64,000 nt of DNA, taken from the NCBI GenBank assembly GCA_963668645.2, contig CAXXWC010000003.1, forward strand, positions 433,201 to 497,200, given 5' to 3'. Each line of letters starts with the position of its first letter. The first letter of the stretch is position 1. Origin of the DNA: Desulfobacterales bacterium. Its GTDB lineage: Bacteria > Desulfobacterota > Desulfobacteria > Desulfobacterales > UBA2174. The translations under genes and the position numbers were made by a program. A model generated the notes under the pieces. It was not told where the DNA came from, ran no database searches, and worked only from the letters and a program-made list of their open reading frames with translations. Below, in pieces: positions 19,669 to 29,383 of the stretch.

Positions 19669-19697
19669 TTGACCTGTTACGCTTTAACGTTTAGCCT
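19669..19697 (+). promoter_or_regulatory. Sigma70-type promoter of the lacI-family gene with overlapping operator O2 (GCTTTAACGTTTAGC, 19681-19695)
   Basis: TTGACC-N17-TAGCCT; the spacer holds a 13-bp exact copy of O1. Confidence 0.6.
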
Positions 19698-19760
19698 TGT
19701 TGTCAACGCCTGTGACAATCGATAGCAGAACAGTACCCGGCCCTGCCCGGGCCAACGCCT

Positions 19761-20816
19761 ATGAAAAAACAACGCGTCACCATAAAGGACATCGCCCGGC
19801 TGGCCAACGTCACTCCCGCCACGGTATCGATGGCCCTCAACAATCGCCCCCGCATAGGGGCCGAAACCCGCCAGCGCATCCACGCCATCGCCCGTGAGCT
19901 CGGCTACCAGCCGGACTTCATCGCCCGCAGCCTGCGGCATCGCCATACCAACACCATCGGCCTGATGATCAAGAACATCGCCGATCCCTTTTACCCCCAG
20001 ATCGCCTGGGGCATCGGCCAAGCGGCCCAGGCACGCGGCTACAACCTCATCCTTTGCAACGTGGGCGACAACATGGTGGACAAGGCCACCACGCTGCAGA
20101 TCCTGCGCGGCCGCAGCGTGGACGGAATCGTCTCGACGGTCATCCTGGACCAGGATCCTTACCTGGAGACCGTGGTTGCCGAACGCCTGCCCTTCGTCGC
20201 CGTTGTTCGAACCCTCAGATCCTCGCCTCTGGCGGAGATGATCGACTCGGTGACCCTTGACAATTACACGGGCGGCTATCAGGCCATCGAACACCTCTAC
20301 CGCCTGGGCCACGATCGGATCGCCCTGATCGCCGGCAGCCTGGAGGCGTCCACCGCCGCCGACCGCACCCGCGGCGCTCAGCAGGCGCTTAAGGACTTGG
20401 GCATCGAAATGCCGTCCGGGCTGCTGGTCGATTGCCGCTTTTCCAGGGAACGGGCCACGGAGGCGGCCCACCGGCTCATGGAGCGGAAAGAACCGCCGAC
20501 GGCTATCTTTGCCCAGGACGACAACATGGCCTTTGGCGTGCGCGAAGCCGTGTTCGCGCGCGGACTGCGAATTCCCGAGGATGTGGCCCTGGTCGGCTTT
20601 GACGATGTCGATGTCGCCGGCCTGGCCGGCATTGATTTGACCACCATCAACCAGAAGATTTACGAGATGGGGGCGTTGGGGGTGAATGTGCTGCTGGATA
20701 AAATAGAAGGAAGAGGACCGCCGAGGGTTCAGAAGATCGTGTTGGAAAGCACGCTGATCATACGCAAATCATGCGGCTACCAGCAGAAGGGGTACGTGCG
20801 CGACAGCCCCCGGTGA
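19761..20816 (+). CDS. LacI/GalR family transcriptional regulator
   Basis: VTIKDIARLANVTPATVSMALN HTH, LGYQP..ARSL hinge, IPEDVALVGFDD; divergent from gcvPA. Confidence 0.92.
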   Translation: MKKQRVTIKDIARLANVTPATVSMALNNRPRIGAETRQRIHAIARELGYQPDFIARSLRHRHTNTIGLMIKNIADPFYPQIAWGIGQAAQARGYNLILCNVGDNMVDKATTLQILRGRSVDGIVSTVILDQDPYLETVVAERLPFVAVVRTLRSSPLAEMIDSVTLDNYTGGYQAIEHLYRLGHDRIALIAGSLEASTAADRTRGAQQALKDLGIEMPSGLLVDCRFSRERATEAAHRLMERKEPPTAIFAQDDNMAFGVREAVFARGLRIPEDVALVGFDDVDVAGLAGIDLTTINQKIYEMGALGVNVLLDKIEGRGPPRVQKIVLESTLIIRKSCGYQQKGYVRDSPR

Positions 20817-20855
20817 ACCTTTTTCCCGTCCGGCTATAAAAACGGTCCACCGGGG
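20808..20855. terminator. Hairpin between convergent lacI-family gene and hemB (possible bidirectional terminator)
   Basis: CCCCGGTGAACCTTTTT...AAAAACGGTCCACCGGGG imperfect long stem. Confidence 0.45.
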
Positions 20856-20873
20856 TGCGTGCAGGCAACAACG

Positions 20874-21902
<1,029 letters not shown>

Positions 21903-22185
21903 TGATAGATTCCTCGCTGATCGATCCGGAAGCGGCCGGAATTTTCATCTTGGTTCATGCAGAAAAATCAAGCGTCCACATCGAAGCCGCCCCGGGCCCG
22001 ATGCAAGCTGATACTTAGAGCAAGGGGGGCTGACTTTGTCAAGGAGAATTTAACCCCTCGATTCTCGCGGGGATGTTACATCCAGGGGTGGACAGCTCGG
22101 GGCGGCTGTATTAGGTTTTGGGCGAAGATTGACCGCCGCGGCATGCGCCGCGAGCGGGGTATCGAACCCGGAGAAAAACGCCGCC

Positions 22186-23262
22186 ATGACTGACCAGCCC
22201 CGCCCCAGCCAAGCGATCCCGCCTCTGCGATTGGTCGCATGGGAGACCACCCGCAACTGCAACCTGAATTGCGTCCATTGCCGGGCCGCGGCCACCTGCG
22301 GACCGTACCGTGACGAACTGGACACCACTGCAGCGCTGGCGCTGATGGATCAGATCGCCGCCGTAGGTCAACCGATCGTCATCTTGACCGGGGGTGAACC
22401 GCTGTTGCGGGCCGATATCTTTCAGATCGCCCGCTACGGCAGTCAAAAAGGGCTGCGCATGGTCATGGCCCCCAACGGGACGCTGATCGATGCCGACAAC
22501 GTCCGGCGCATGGTCGAGGCGGGAATTCAACGCATCAGCATCAGCCTGGACGGGGCGGATGCGGCCAGCCACGACAAGTTCCGGGGGGTTACGGGAGCCT
22601 TCGAGGCAGCCCTTCGGGGAATCGGCCATGCCCGCGACGCCGGGCTGGAATTTCAGATCAACACCACCGTAACCCAGTCCAACCTGAACCAGATTCCCCG
22701 CATCCAAGCCCTGGCCATCCAACTCGGGGCTGTGGCCCACCACATCTTTCTGCTGGTTCCCACCGGCAGGGGCAAGTACATCCTCGATCAGGCCATCGAC
22801 GCCGGCCAGTACGAGGAAACCCTCAACTGGTTTTACGAGCAGCGCGGCAAGAGCCCCTTGCAGCTCAAAGCCACCTGCGCCCCCCACTACTACCGCATCC
22901 TGCGCCAGCGGGCCCGGGCCGAAGGGATCGACGTCACTTTCGAAAACCACGGTCTGGATGCTGTGACGCGCGGCTGTCTGGCCGGCACGGGATTCTGCTT
23001 CATCTCCAACCAGGGGGTCGTGCAGCCCTGCGGCTTTCTGGCCCTGGACTGCGGCAAAGTCACCGAAACCCCTTTCAGCAAAATCTGGCGCGACTCTGAA
23101 ATCTTCACCGCCTTGCGCGATCCGGGACGCCTTGAAGGCAAGTGCGGCCGGTGCGAGTACAAGCGGGTCTGCGGCGGGTGCCGTGCCCGTGCTCACGAGG
23201 CCAGTGGCAACTATCTGGCCGAAGAGCCGTTGTGCAGTTATCAACCCGCGCTGCACCAGTAG
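22186..23262 (+). CDS. ahbD: Radical SAM haem b synthase (AdoMet-dependent, NirJ2-type)
   Basis: LRLVAWETTRNCNLNCVHCRA, HIFLLVPTGRG, KATCAPHYYR, GCLAG, SPASM CGRC..CGGCRARA. Confidence 0.85.
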   Translation: MTDQPRPSQAIPPLRLVAWETTRNCNLNCVHCRAAATCGPYRDELDTTAALALMDQIAAVGQPIVILTGGEPLLRADIFQIARYGSQKGLRMVMAPNGTLIDADNVRRMVEAGIQRISISLDGADAASHDKFRGVTGAFEAALRGIGHARDAGLEFQINTTVTQSNLNQIPRIQALAIQLGAVAHHIFLLVPTGRGKYILDQAIDAGQYEETLNWFYEQRGKSPLQLKATCAPHYYRILRQRARAEGIDVTFENHGLDAVTRGCLAGTGFCFISNQGVVQPCGFLALDCGKVTETPFSKIWRDSEIFTALRDPGRLEGKCGRCEYKRVCGGCRARAHEASGNYLAEEPLCSYQPALHQ

Positions 23263-23468
23263 AAATCGCGATCTTGTCCTGATCGCCCCCTATCCTTTCT
23301 TCAGTCCTCCTGCCCAATTCGAAGTCCAGCGCTTGCTGCCCAGCTGGGGCCATCGGACAGATCCCGGGCTCACCGGGCGTTGCGGCTTAGCGCTTGCATC
23401 GTTTGTCGAACAAAGCTAAAAAGAGATCGATAGTAGCCATTGCAAAACCTACCGCCAAGAGGTGGATA

Positions 23469-24077
23469 ATGAAGATCAGCGCCCTGATGATTCCCGATCC
23501 TATCACCATTGGGGAAAACGCCTCGATCCAGGATGCCATCGAACGGATGAAGATCAATTCGATCCGGCACCTGCCGGTGGTCGACGCCCAAAAACGCCTG
23601 CGGGGATTGGTGACCCTGGCCGACCTGAAACAGGGGCTGATCCCCTCGATGGTGGCGAATCTGAGCCTGGTGGATTTGATGATCCGTGATCCGCTGAACG
23701 TTTCACCGGACGACGACGTGGAACTGGCGGCCCAGATCATCTACAAGCACAAAATCAGCGGGATGCCGGTGATCAAGGCCGGCAGGCTGGTGGGCATCAT
23801 CACCGAATCGGACATCCTGCGCGCCTTTATCGACATGATGGGCATCCTCACGTCCAGTTCGCGCCTGGATGTGGCCATGGACGACTCGCCCGAAGCTTTT
23901 CACAAGGTACTGCAGCGGATCAACGCCCATGGCGGAGATGTGATCAACGTCGGCCTGGTGCCCCGGGCCGGCGGCAAAAAGCGGGTCTACTATTTCCGTC
24001 TTTCGACCTGCAAAACCGCTCCCATCCGCAAGGCCCTGGAAAAGGAGGGCTACCAGGTCCTTGAAGCGATGGACTAG
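23469..24077 (+). CDS. CBS-pair plus ACT domain protein (AcuB-like)
   Basis: IRHLPVV, LVGIITESDI, C-terminal ACT-like region. Confidence 0.75.
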   Translation: MKISALMIPDPITIGENASIQDAIERMKINSIRHLPVVDAQKRLRGLVTLADLKQGLIPSMVANLSLVDLMIRDPLNVSPDDDVELAAQIIYKHKISGMPVIKAGRLVGIITESDILRAFIDMMGILTSSSRLDVAMDDSPEAFHKVLQRINAHGGDVINVGLVPRAGGKKRVYYFRLSTCKTAPIRKALEKEGYQVLEAMD

Positions 24078-24176
24078 CGCCGCGACTCAGCGATTCAGCA
24101 ATAAAGTCGAAGAAATAACATCCGGGCAGCGCCGGATGCCATCAGCGACCTCTCGGGTTTACGCTTTCCAAATTCA

Positions 24177-26264
24177 CTACATTTTTCCTGCCAGCGCATT
24201 GAGCACCAACGTGATGGGGCGGTTTTCTTCGCTCTCGCCTGAAAATCTGATTGGACCGGGGATGCGGTAATTGTCCGGCCCGGGCACGGCCGCCAACCAG
24301 GTTTCACGCAGCCCCTTGACCACCCGAAACGCTGCCGAACCGGTATCCACAACGCTTTTTTCGATCACCAGGGCCAAGCGGCCGCCGCGCTCCTCCAGGT
24401 GCATCAGGGGCGCGATGGGCACGCCGATGGGTTCCCAGTGATCGAAATCCTGATCGAGGTTGCGGATGGCGGCCATCTGCCCGGTGGCCCCGTTGGCGAT
24501 CAGGGAAAAGACGGTCAACCCCAGGTTATAGGTGTAATTGCAATCAAAACGGGTCGGATTGGCACCCCGGCCATCATACCCGTAAAAATGGGTCTGGGTC
24601 TTAAACTTGGGAACCGATTTTTGAAAAATCTTGTCCACCGCCGGCGGCACCGCCCCGGCATCGCCCAAGACCCCGACACGCACCAGCTCCTGCTTGAGGG
24701 TTTTGACCGAAATGATGGCCGGCTTGACCATTAAAAACCCTTCCCGGGGATACTCGGCAAAAAGCGCCGCACCGAAGCGGTCCGGGTCCAGGCCGGCGCT
24801 TTGCATGGTCTTGCGGTAGTAGGCGGCGTCGATGCCGATCTTGTACAGGCCCTTTTCCTTCAGAAAATTGAGATAGTCGGCAACCAATCCCATGATCACC
24901 TTATCGGTTTCCACCTGGGAAAACTGGAAGTTGCCGTGGCTGTCGCGTTCGGTGAGCAGCCCTTCCTGGAAGAACGCCGGAATGTCGTTGAACAGGTCGT
25001 CATCCCGGGTGCTCCAGACCGGCAGCACGTTTTCTTCCCGGCTGCGCCGGGCCATGCGGCGCAGGTACTCCAGCTTGTCTTCCAGCAATGGGAAGGCGGC
25101 GTGAAAGCCGGTGTCGTGGGTCTGGTTGTACTCGGAGATAATCGTGTTGAGCTTGATAATAAAAATCTGGATCTCGTTGATGAACTCCAGCACCCCTTCC
25201 GGAATCACCATCACTCCGAAATTTTTCCCCACCGCCGCCCGGCGCACGATGGCGTCGCAGATCACGCGCGACAAATGGCGCAGGGTCATCCCGTAGGCCG
25301 TGTGGTCTACCGTACTTTCAGCCTCGGCCCTGGCAATGCGGTTTTTATCCACGTACTCGGCCAGCTCTTCTCCGATAAGGGTGATGTTGGCATGGGTCTG
25401 CAAGGCCACTTCAAGGGCCAGGTGGCTCGCCACCCGCCCCATCACCTTGCAGATATGCCAGTATTTGACGTCGCTGCTCGCGTCGGTGCACAGGTTGCTT
25501 ACCGCCTCGGAAAAAGCACGCGCCGCGGTGTGGAATCCGAAGCTGATAGCGCACAACACCGCTCCGTTGCGGTCGCGCACCTGGATGTCTCCGTCTATGG
25601 TTTTCGGCACGCCGATCACCTGCACCCCGTCGACAGCCAACTCCTCGGCCAGAAAGGCGGCATTGGTATTCGAATCGTCTCCGCCCACGATGACCAGAGC
25701 ATCCAGCTTCAGGGCGGCGCAGGTCTGGCGGGAAAGCGCCATCTTGGCCGCCGTGTCGATCTTGGCCCGGCCGGTGTGGATCATGGTAAAACCGCCCAGG
25801 TTTCGGTAAGCATCCACCTTGGCGTCGGTAAGCAAAACCGCCTCGTTTTCGATCACTCCGTCGGGACCGAGCAAAAAACCGTAGATCTCGCTCTTCTGGT
25901 TGGCGGCTTTGGCCGCATCGTAAAGACCGGCAATCACATTGTGCCCCCCGGGGGCCGGCCCTCCGGAAAAGACGATGCCGATACGCCGCGTACGCTCGTA
26001 GGCTGCACTTTCTTGCGGGTTGAGATCATCGGCGCCGGTGACCTCCTCAACCCGCCGGTCTATGATCGAGGGCAGCAACCGCCGTGCTTCGCGGTCAATT
26101 TCGAACACGTATTGATCGCAGGGGGTCAGGCGCGTGTAACGGCAATCGAAAGCCGAACAACGGGGCGGTCGGTAGGAGCGCCGCTCCACGAGTCCGGTGT
26201 TCACGTTGGAAACGACCTCTTGAACCGCCGGCAGTTCCAAAAACCGCTTGCCTTGATCGGACAT
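24177..26264 (-). CDS. pfp: Pyrophosphate-dependent 6-phosphofructokinase (long type)
   Basis: SGGPAPGGHN, GGDDSNT (Asp indicates PPi type), PKTIDGD, MGR.ASH, PEG, GYDGR. Confidence 0.85.
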   Translation of the reverse strand: MSDQGKRFLELPAVQEVVSNVNTGLVERRSYRPPRCSAFDCRYTRLTPCDQYVFEIDREARRLLPSIIDRRVEEVTGADDLNPQESAAYERTRRIGIVFSGGPAPGGHNVIAGLYDAAKAANQKSEIYGFLLGPDGVIENEAVLLTDAKVDAYRNLGGFTMIHTGRAKIDTAAKMALSRQTCAALKLDALVIVGGDDSNTNAAFLAEELAVDGVQVIGVPKTIDGDIQVRDRNGAVLCAISFGFHTAARAFSEAVSNLCTDASSDVKYWHICKVMGRVASHLALEVALQTHANITLIGEELAEYVDKNRIARAEAESTVDHTAYGMTLRHLSRVICDAIVRRAAVGKNFGVMVIPEGVLEFINEIQIFIIKLNTIISEYNQTHDTGFHAAFPLLEDKLEYLRRMARRSREENVLPVWSTRDDDLFNDIPAFFQEGLLTERDSHGNFQFSQVETDKVIMGLVADYLNFLKEKGLYKIGIDAAYYRKTMQSAGLDPDRFGAALFAEYPREGFLMVKPAIISVKTLKQELVRVGVLGDAGAVPPAVDKIFQKSVPKFKTQTHFYGYDGRGANPTRFDCNYTYNLGLTVFSLIANGATGQMAAIRNLDQDFDHWEPIGVPIAPLMHLEERGGRLALVIEKSVVDTGSAAFRVVKGLRETWLAAVPGPDNYRIPGPIRFSGESEENRPITLVLNALAGKM

Positions 26265-26493
26265 GGTCTCCTCCATGTGGAAAATGATTGATCATCGTAA
26301 GGGGATGATAAGGGGATGGGCCAACGGGTGTCAAGATGATCGAAAATCCTTTGGCTCCAGAGGCCTTAGGCGAACACAAAGAGACTTTACATCCACGGTG
26401 CTTTAGGCTACAGGAGACAGAATTCACTAGTTCCCCCGTGGCTTTTCATGCCGTTAACTCAATCGAAAAACTTTGCTGCTAAGGAGGACGCCG

Positions 26494-27342
26494 ATGAAAA
26501 AATGCTCACTCATGTGGACCTTGGCCGTCGTTATGATGATCATTCTGCCCCTTTCCATCGCCGGCGGCCAGAACGCCAGTGCCGCCGATGTTCGTATGGA
26601 GCTGATCAAGCAGTCGACCCTTGAAGAGATCTTGCAGCGCGGCGAACTGCGCGTCGGTTTCGAAGCCGGCTACATGCCCTTTGAGATGACCGACAAAAAG
26701 GGACAATTCGTCGGCTTTGACATCGACCTGGCCAGGGATATGGCCAAAGCCATGGGCGTCAAGTTCGTGCCGGTCAACACTGCCTGGGACGGGATCATTC
26801 CAGCCCTGCTGACCAAGAAGTTCGACATCATCATGAGCGGCATGACCGTCACCCAGGAACGCAACCTCAAGATCAACTTCGCCGATCCGTACATCGTGGT
26901 GGGCCAGGCGATCCTGCTCAACAAGAAACATGAAGGCACGGTAAAGTCTTACAAGGATCTTAACGATCCCAAATACATCGTCACCTCCAAACTCGGCACC
27001 ACCGGCGAGCAGGCGGTCAAACGCATGATTCCCAAGGCGGCCTACAAGAGTTTCGAGACCGAAACCGAAGCGGCCCTGGAAGTGGTCAACGGCAAGGCCG
27101 ATGCCTATGTCTACGACCAGCCCAATTGTGTGGTCTTCATGGCCGAACAGGGCAAGGACAAGCTCATTTTTCTGGATGAACCGTTCACTTACGAACCGCT
27201 GGCCTGGGCTGTGCGCAAAGGCGATCCGGACTTCATCAACTGGCTGAACAACTTTTTGCGCCAGTACAAAAACGACGGCCGCTACGAAACGGTCTACAAC
27301 AAGTGGATCAAGAGCACCGACTGGTACGCCAACGTCAAGTAA
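26494..27342 (+). CDS. Polar amino-acid ABC transporter substrate-binding protein
   Basis: Signal peptide, GELRVG, GFDIDLA, WDGIIPAL, MTVTQER; AAGGAGG SD. Confidence 0.88.
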   Translation: MKKCSLMWTLAVVMMIILPLSIAGGQNASAADVRMELIKQSTLEEILQRGELRVGFEAGYMPFEMTDKKGQFVGFDIDLARDMAKAMGVKFVPVNTAWDGIIPALLTKKFDIIMSGMTVTQERNLKINFADPYIVVGQAILLNKKHEGTVKSYKDLNDPKYIVTSKLGTTGEQAVKRMIPKAAYKSFETETEAALEVVNGKADAYVYDQPNCVVFMAEQGKDKLIFLDEPFTYEPLAWAVRKGDPDFINWLNNFLRQYKNDGRYETVYNKWIKSTDWYANVK

Positions 27343-27352
27343 ATCCACGTCT

Positions 27353-27390
27353 CGGCCGCCGGCGCCCCGGCACCGGCGGCCGTCTTTTTT
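27353..27390 (+). terminator. Intrinsic terminator or attenuator between the SBP and permease genes
   Basis: CGGCCGCCGG...CCGGCGGCCG followed by TCTTTTTT. Confidence 0.65.
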
Positions 27391-27429
27391 CCCGTTTCCG
27401 GGTTGACTCACCAGGTTCCTCAGGTTCCT

Positions 27430-28485
27430 ATGGCTGCATCATCATCCACTGTTTCGCGCGCCAAACACCCCATGAGTTACTACGGCTGGGCTGCGCTGTT
27501 CTTCGTGCTGCTGGCCTGCGCGCTGGGGTTCATCTATTACTCGACCCTGAAAATCGACTATGTCTGGCGCTGGTACCGGATTCCGCAATACTTCCTGTTT
27601 CATGACACCATCGAAACCCGGGCAGAAATTCCCGGCGAGGTGCAGAAAATCGAGCGCCAGGATAAAACCGTGCGTGTCGTGGTCTCAGGCGTTGAAGGCA
27701 GCGAGACCTACAGCGCACCGGCCGAGCAGGTTCGCGTTTCCGAGGGTGACGTTATCTACAGCGGCGATGTGTTGATGGTCCACCACCGCTGGAAGGCCGG
27801 AATCCTGATCCAGGGGCTTTGGCTAACCTTGAAGGTCAGTGTCATCGCCATCATATTCGGGATTCTGATCGGGCTGTTCACCGGTTTGGCGCGTATCTCG
27901 GACAATCCGGCCTTCAAGTGGTCCGCCATTACCTATATCGAGCTGATTCGAGGCTCGCCCCTGCTGGTGCAGATCTTTATCTGGTATTTTGCCTTCGGCA
28001 CCCTGATCAACACGCTGATCGTCAAGAACGAAAGCCTGCAAGGGATGCTGAAAGCGTTGACCGGCAGCCAACAATTGGTCCAAATTCCGCCCCTCTGGTT
28101 CGGGATTGCGGCCCTGGCCACCTTCACCGGTGCCTATGTGGCGGAAATGGTCCGGGCGGGGATCCAATCGATCCACCGCGGCCAGACCGAAGCGGCCCGG
28201 TCTCTGGGAATGAACTATGCCCAATGCATGGGCCATGTGATCCTGCCCCAGGCCCTGCGGCGTATCATCCCGCCCCTGGCCGGCCAGTTCATCAGCCTGA
28301 TCAAGGACTCTTCACTGCTGGGCATCATCGCCATCCGGGAACTGACCAAAGCCACCCGTGAAGTGGTAACCACCAGTTTTCAACCTTTTGAACTCTGGAC
28401 GGTCTGCGCCCTGCTCTACCTGTTTTTGACCTTCACCCTCTCGATGCTGCTCCAGTACGTGGAAAGGAGGACGATCTCCTCGTGA
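27430..28485 (+). CDS. Polar amino-acid ABC transporter permease (HisM/GlnP-like) with an extra soluble insert
   Basis: [38 protein letters not shown] motif, KDSSL; start codon uncertain. Confidence 0.85.
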   Translation: MAASSSTVSRAKHPMSYYGWAALFFVLLACALGFIYYSTLKIDYVWRWYRIPQYFLFHDTIETRAEIPGEVQKIERQDKTVRVVVSGVEGSETYSAPAEQVRVSEGDVIYSGDVLMVHHRWKAGILIQGLWLTLKVSVIAIIFGILIGLFTGLARISDNPAFKWSAITYIELIRGSPLLVQIFIWYFAFGTLINTLIVKNESLQGMLKALTGSQQLVQIPPLWFGIAALATFTGAYVAEMVRAGIQSIHRGQTEAARSLGMNYAQCMGHVILPQALRRIIPPLAGQFISLIKDSSLLGIIAIRELTKATREVVTTSFQPFELWTVCALLYLFLTFTLSMLLQYVERRTISS

Positions 28486-29213
28486 TTGACGTACACCACA
28501 TCTACAAGACCTTCCGCACCCCGCACAAAGTCAAGGCCCTGGTGGACGTCTCGACCACCGTCGCACCAGGTGAAGTGGTGGTGGTCATCGGGCCCTCCGG
28601 CTCGGGCAAGAGTACTTTTCTGCGCTGCCTCAACCGGCTGGAACACGCCGACAGTGGCCAGATCCTCATCGACGGGGTCGACATCCTCAACCCCAAAACC
28701 GATATCAACAAAGTGCGGGCCGAAGTCGGTATGGTTTTTCAGTCTTTCAACCTCTTTCCCCACAAGAGCGTCCTGCAAAACGTCACCCTGGCCCAGACCG
28801 TGGTGCGCCGGCGCCCCAAGACCGAAGCCCATGATCGGGCCATGGCCCTGCTGGGCAAGGTGGGAATCCAGGACAAGGCCAACGTCTTTCCGGATCAACT
28901 CTCAGGCGGCCAGCAGCAGCGGGTGGCCATCGCCCGGGCCTTGGCGATGAACCCCAAGGTGATGCTTTTCGATGAACCGACCTCGGCCCTGGACCCGGAA
29001 ATGATCGGCGAGGTCCTGGAGGTCATGAAAACCCTGGCCCGGGAAGGGATGACCATGGTGGTAGTGACCCACGAGATGGGTTTCGCCCGGGAAGTGGCTG
29101 ATCGGGTCATCTTCATGGATGCCGGCGCCATCGTGGAGGTGGGCACCCCGGAACACTTTTTCAAGAATCCGAATCACGACCGCACCAAACTCTTTTTAAG
29201 CCAGATCCTGTGA
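28482..29213 (+). CDS. Polar amino-acid ABC transporter ATPase (GlnQ-like)
   Basis: [34 protein letters not shown]. Confidence 0.9.
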   Translation: MIDVHHIYKTFRTPHKVKALVDVSTTVAPGEVVVVIGPSGSGKSTFLRCLNRLEHADSGQILIDGVDILNPKTDINKVRAEVGMVFQSFNLFPHKSVLQNVTLAQTVVRRRPKTEAHDRAMALLGKVGIQDKANVFPDQLSGGQQQRVAIARALAMNPKVMLFDEPTSALDPEMIGEVLEVMKTLAREGMTMVVVTHEMGFAREVADRVIFMDAGAIVEVGTPEHFFKNPNHDRTKLFLSQIL

Positions 29214-29306
29214 ATCCGGCCGGTCCGCCGCCGCAGAGAAGGGCCGAACAGCCCCCATATCTGGTAGCCATAGCAAGCTTTTGACACTCCTGGTTGTGCA
29301 TTTGCC

Positions 29307-29336
29307 TTTACAACCCAGCCTGCCCTCTGGTATAAA
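29307..29336 (+). promoter_or_regulatory. Possible smc promoter
   Basis: TTTACA-N18-TATAAA with extended -10 TG. Confidence 0.35.
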
Positions 29337-29383
29337 ATTCCCCGTAGTGCACCCTCTTTCTGACCATCGAGAAACGCGGGACG

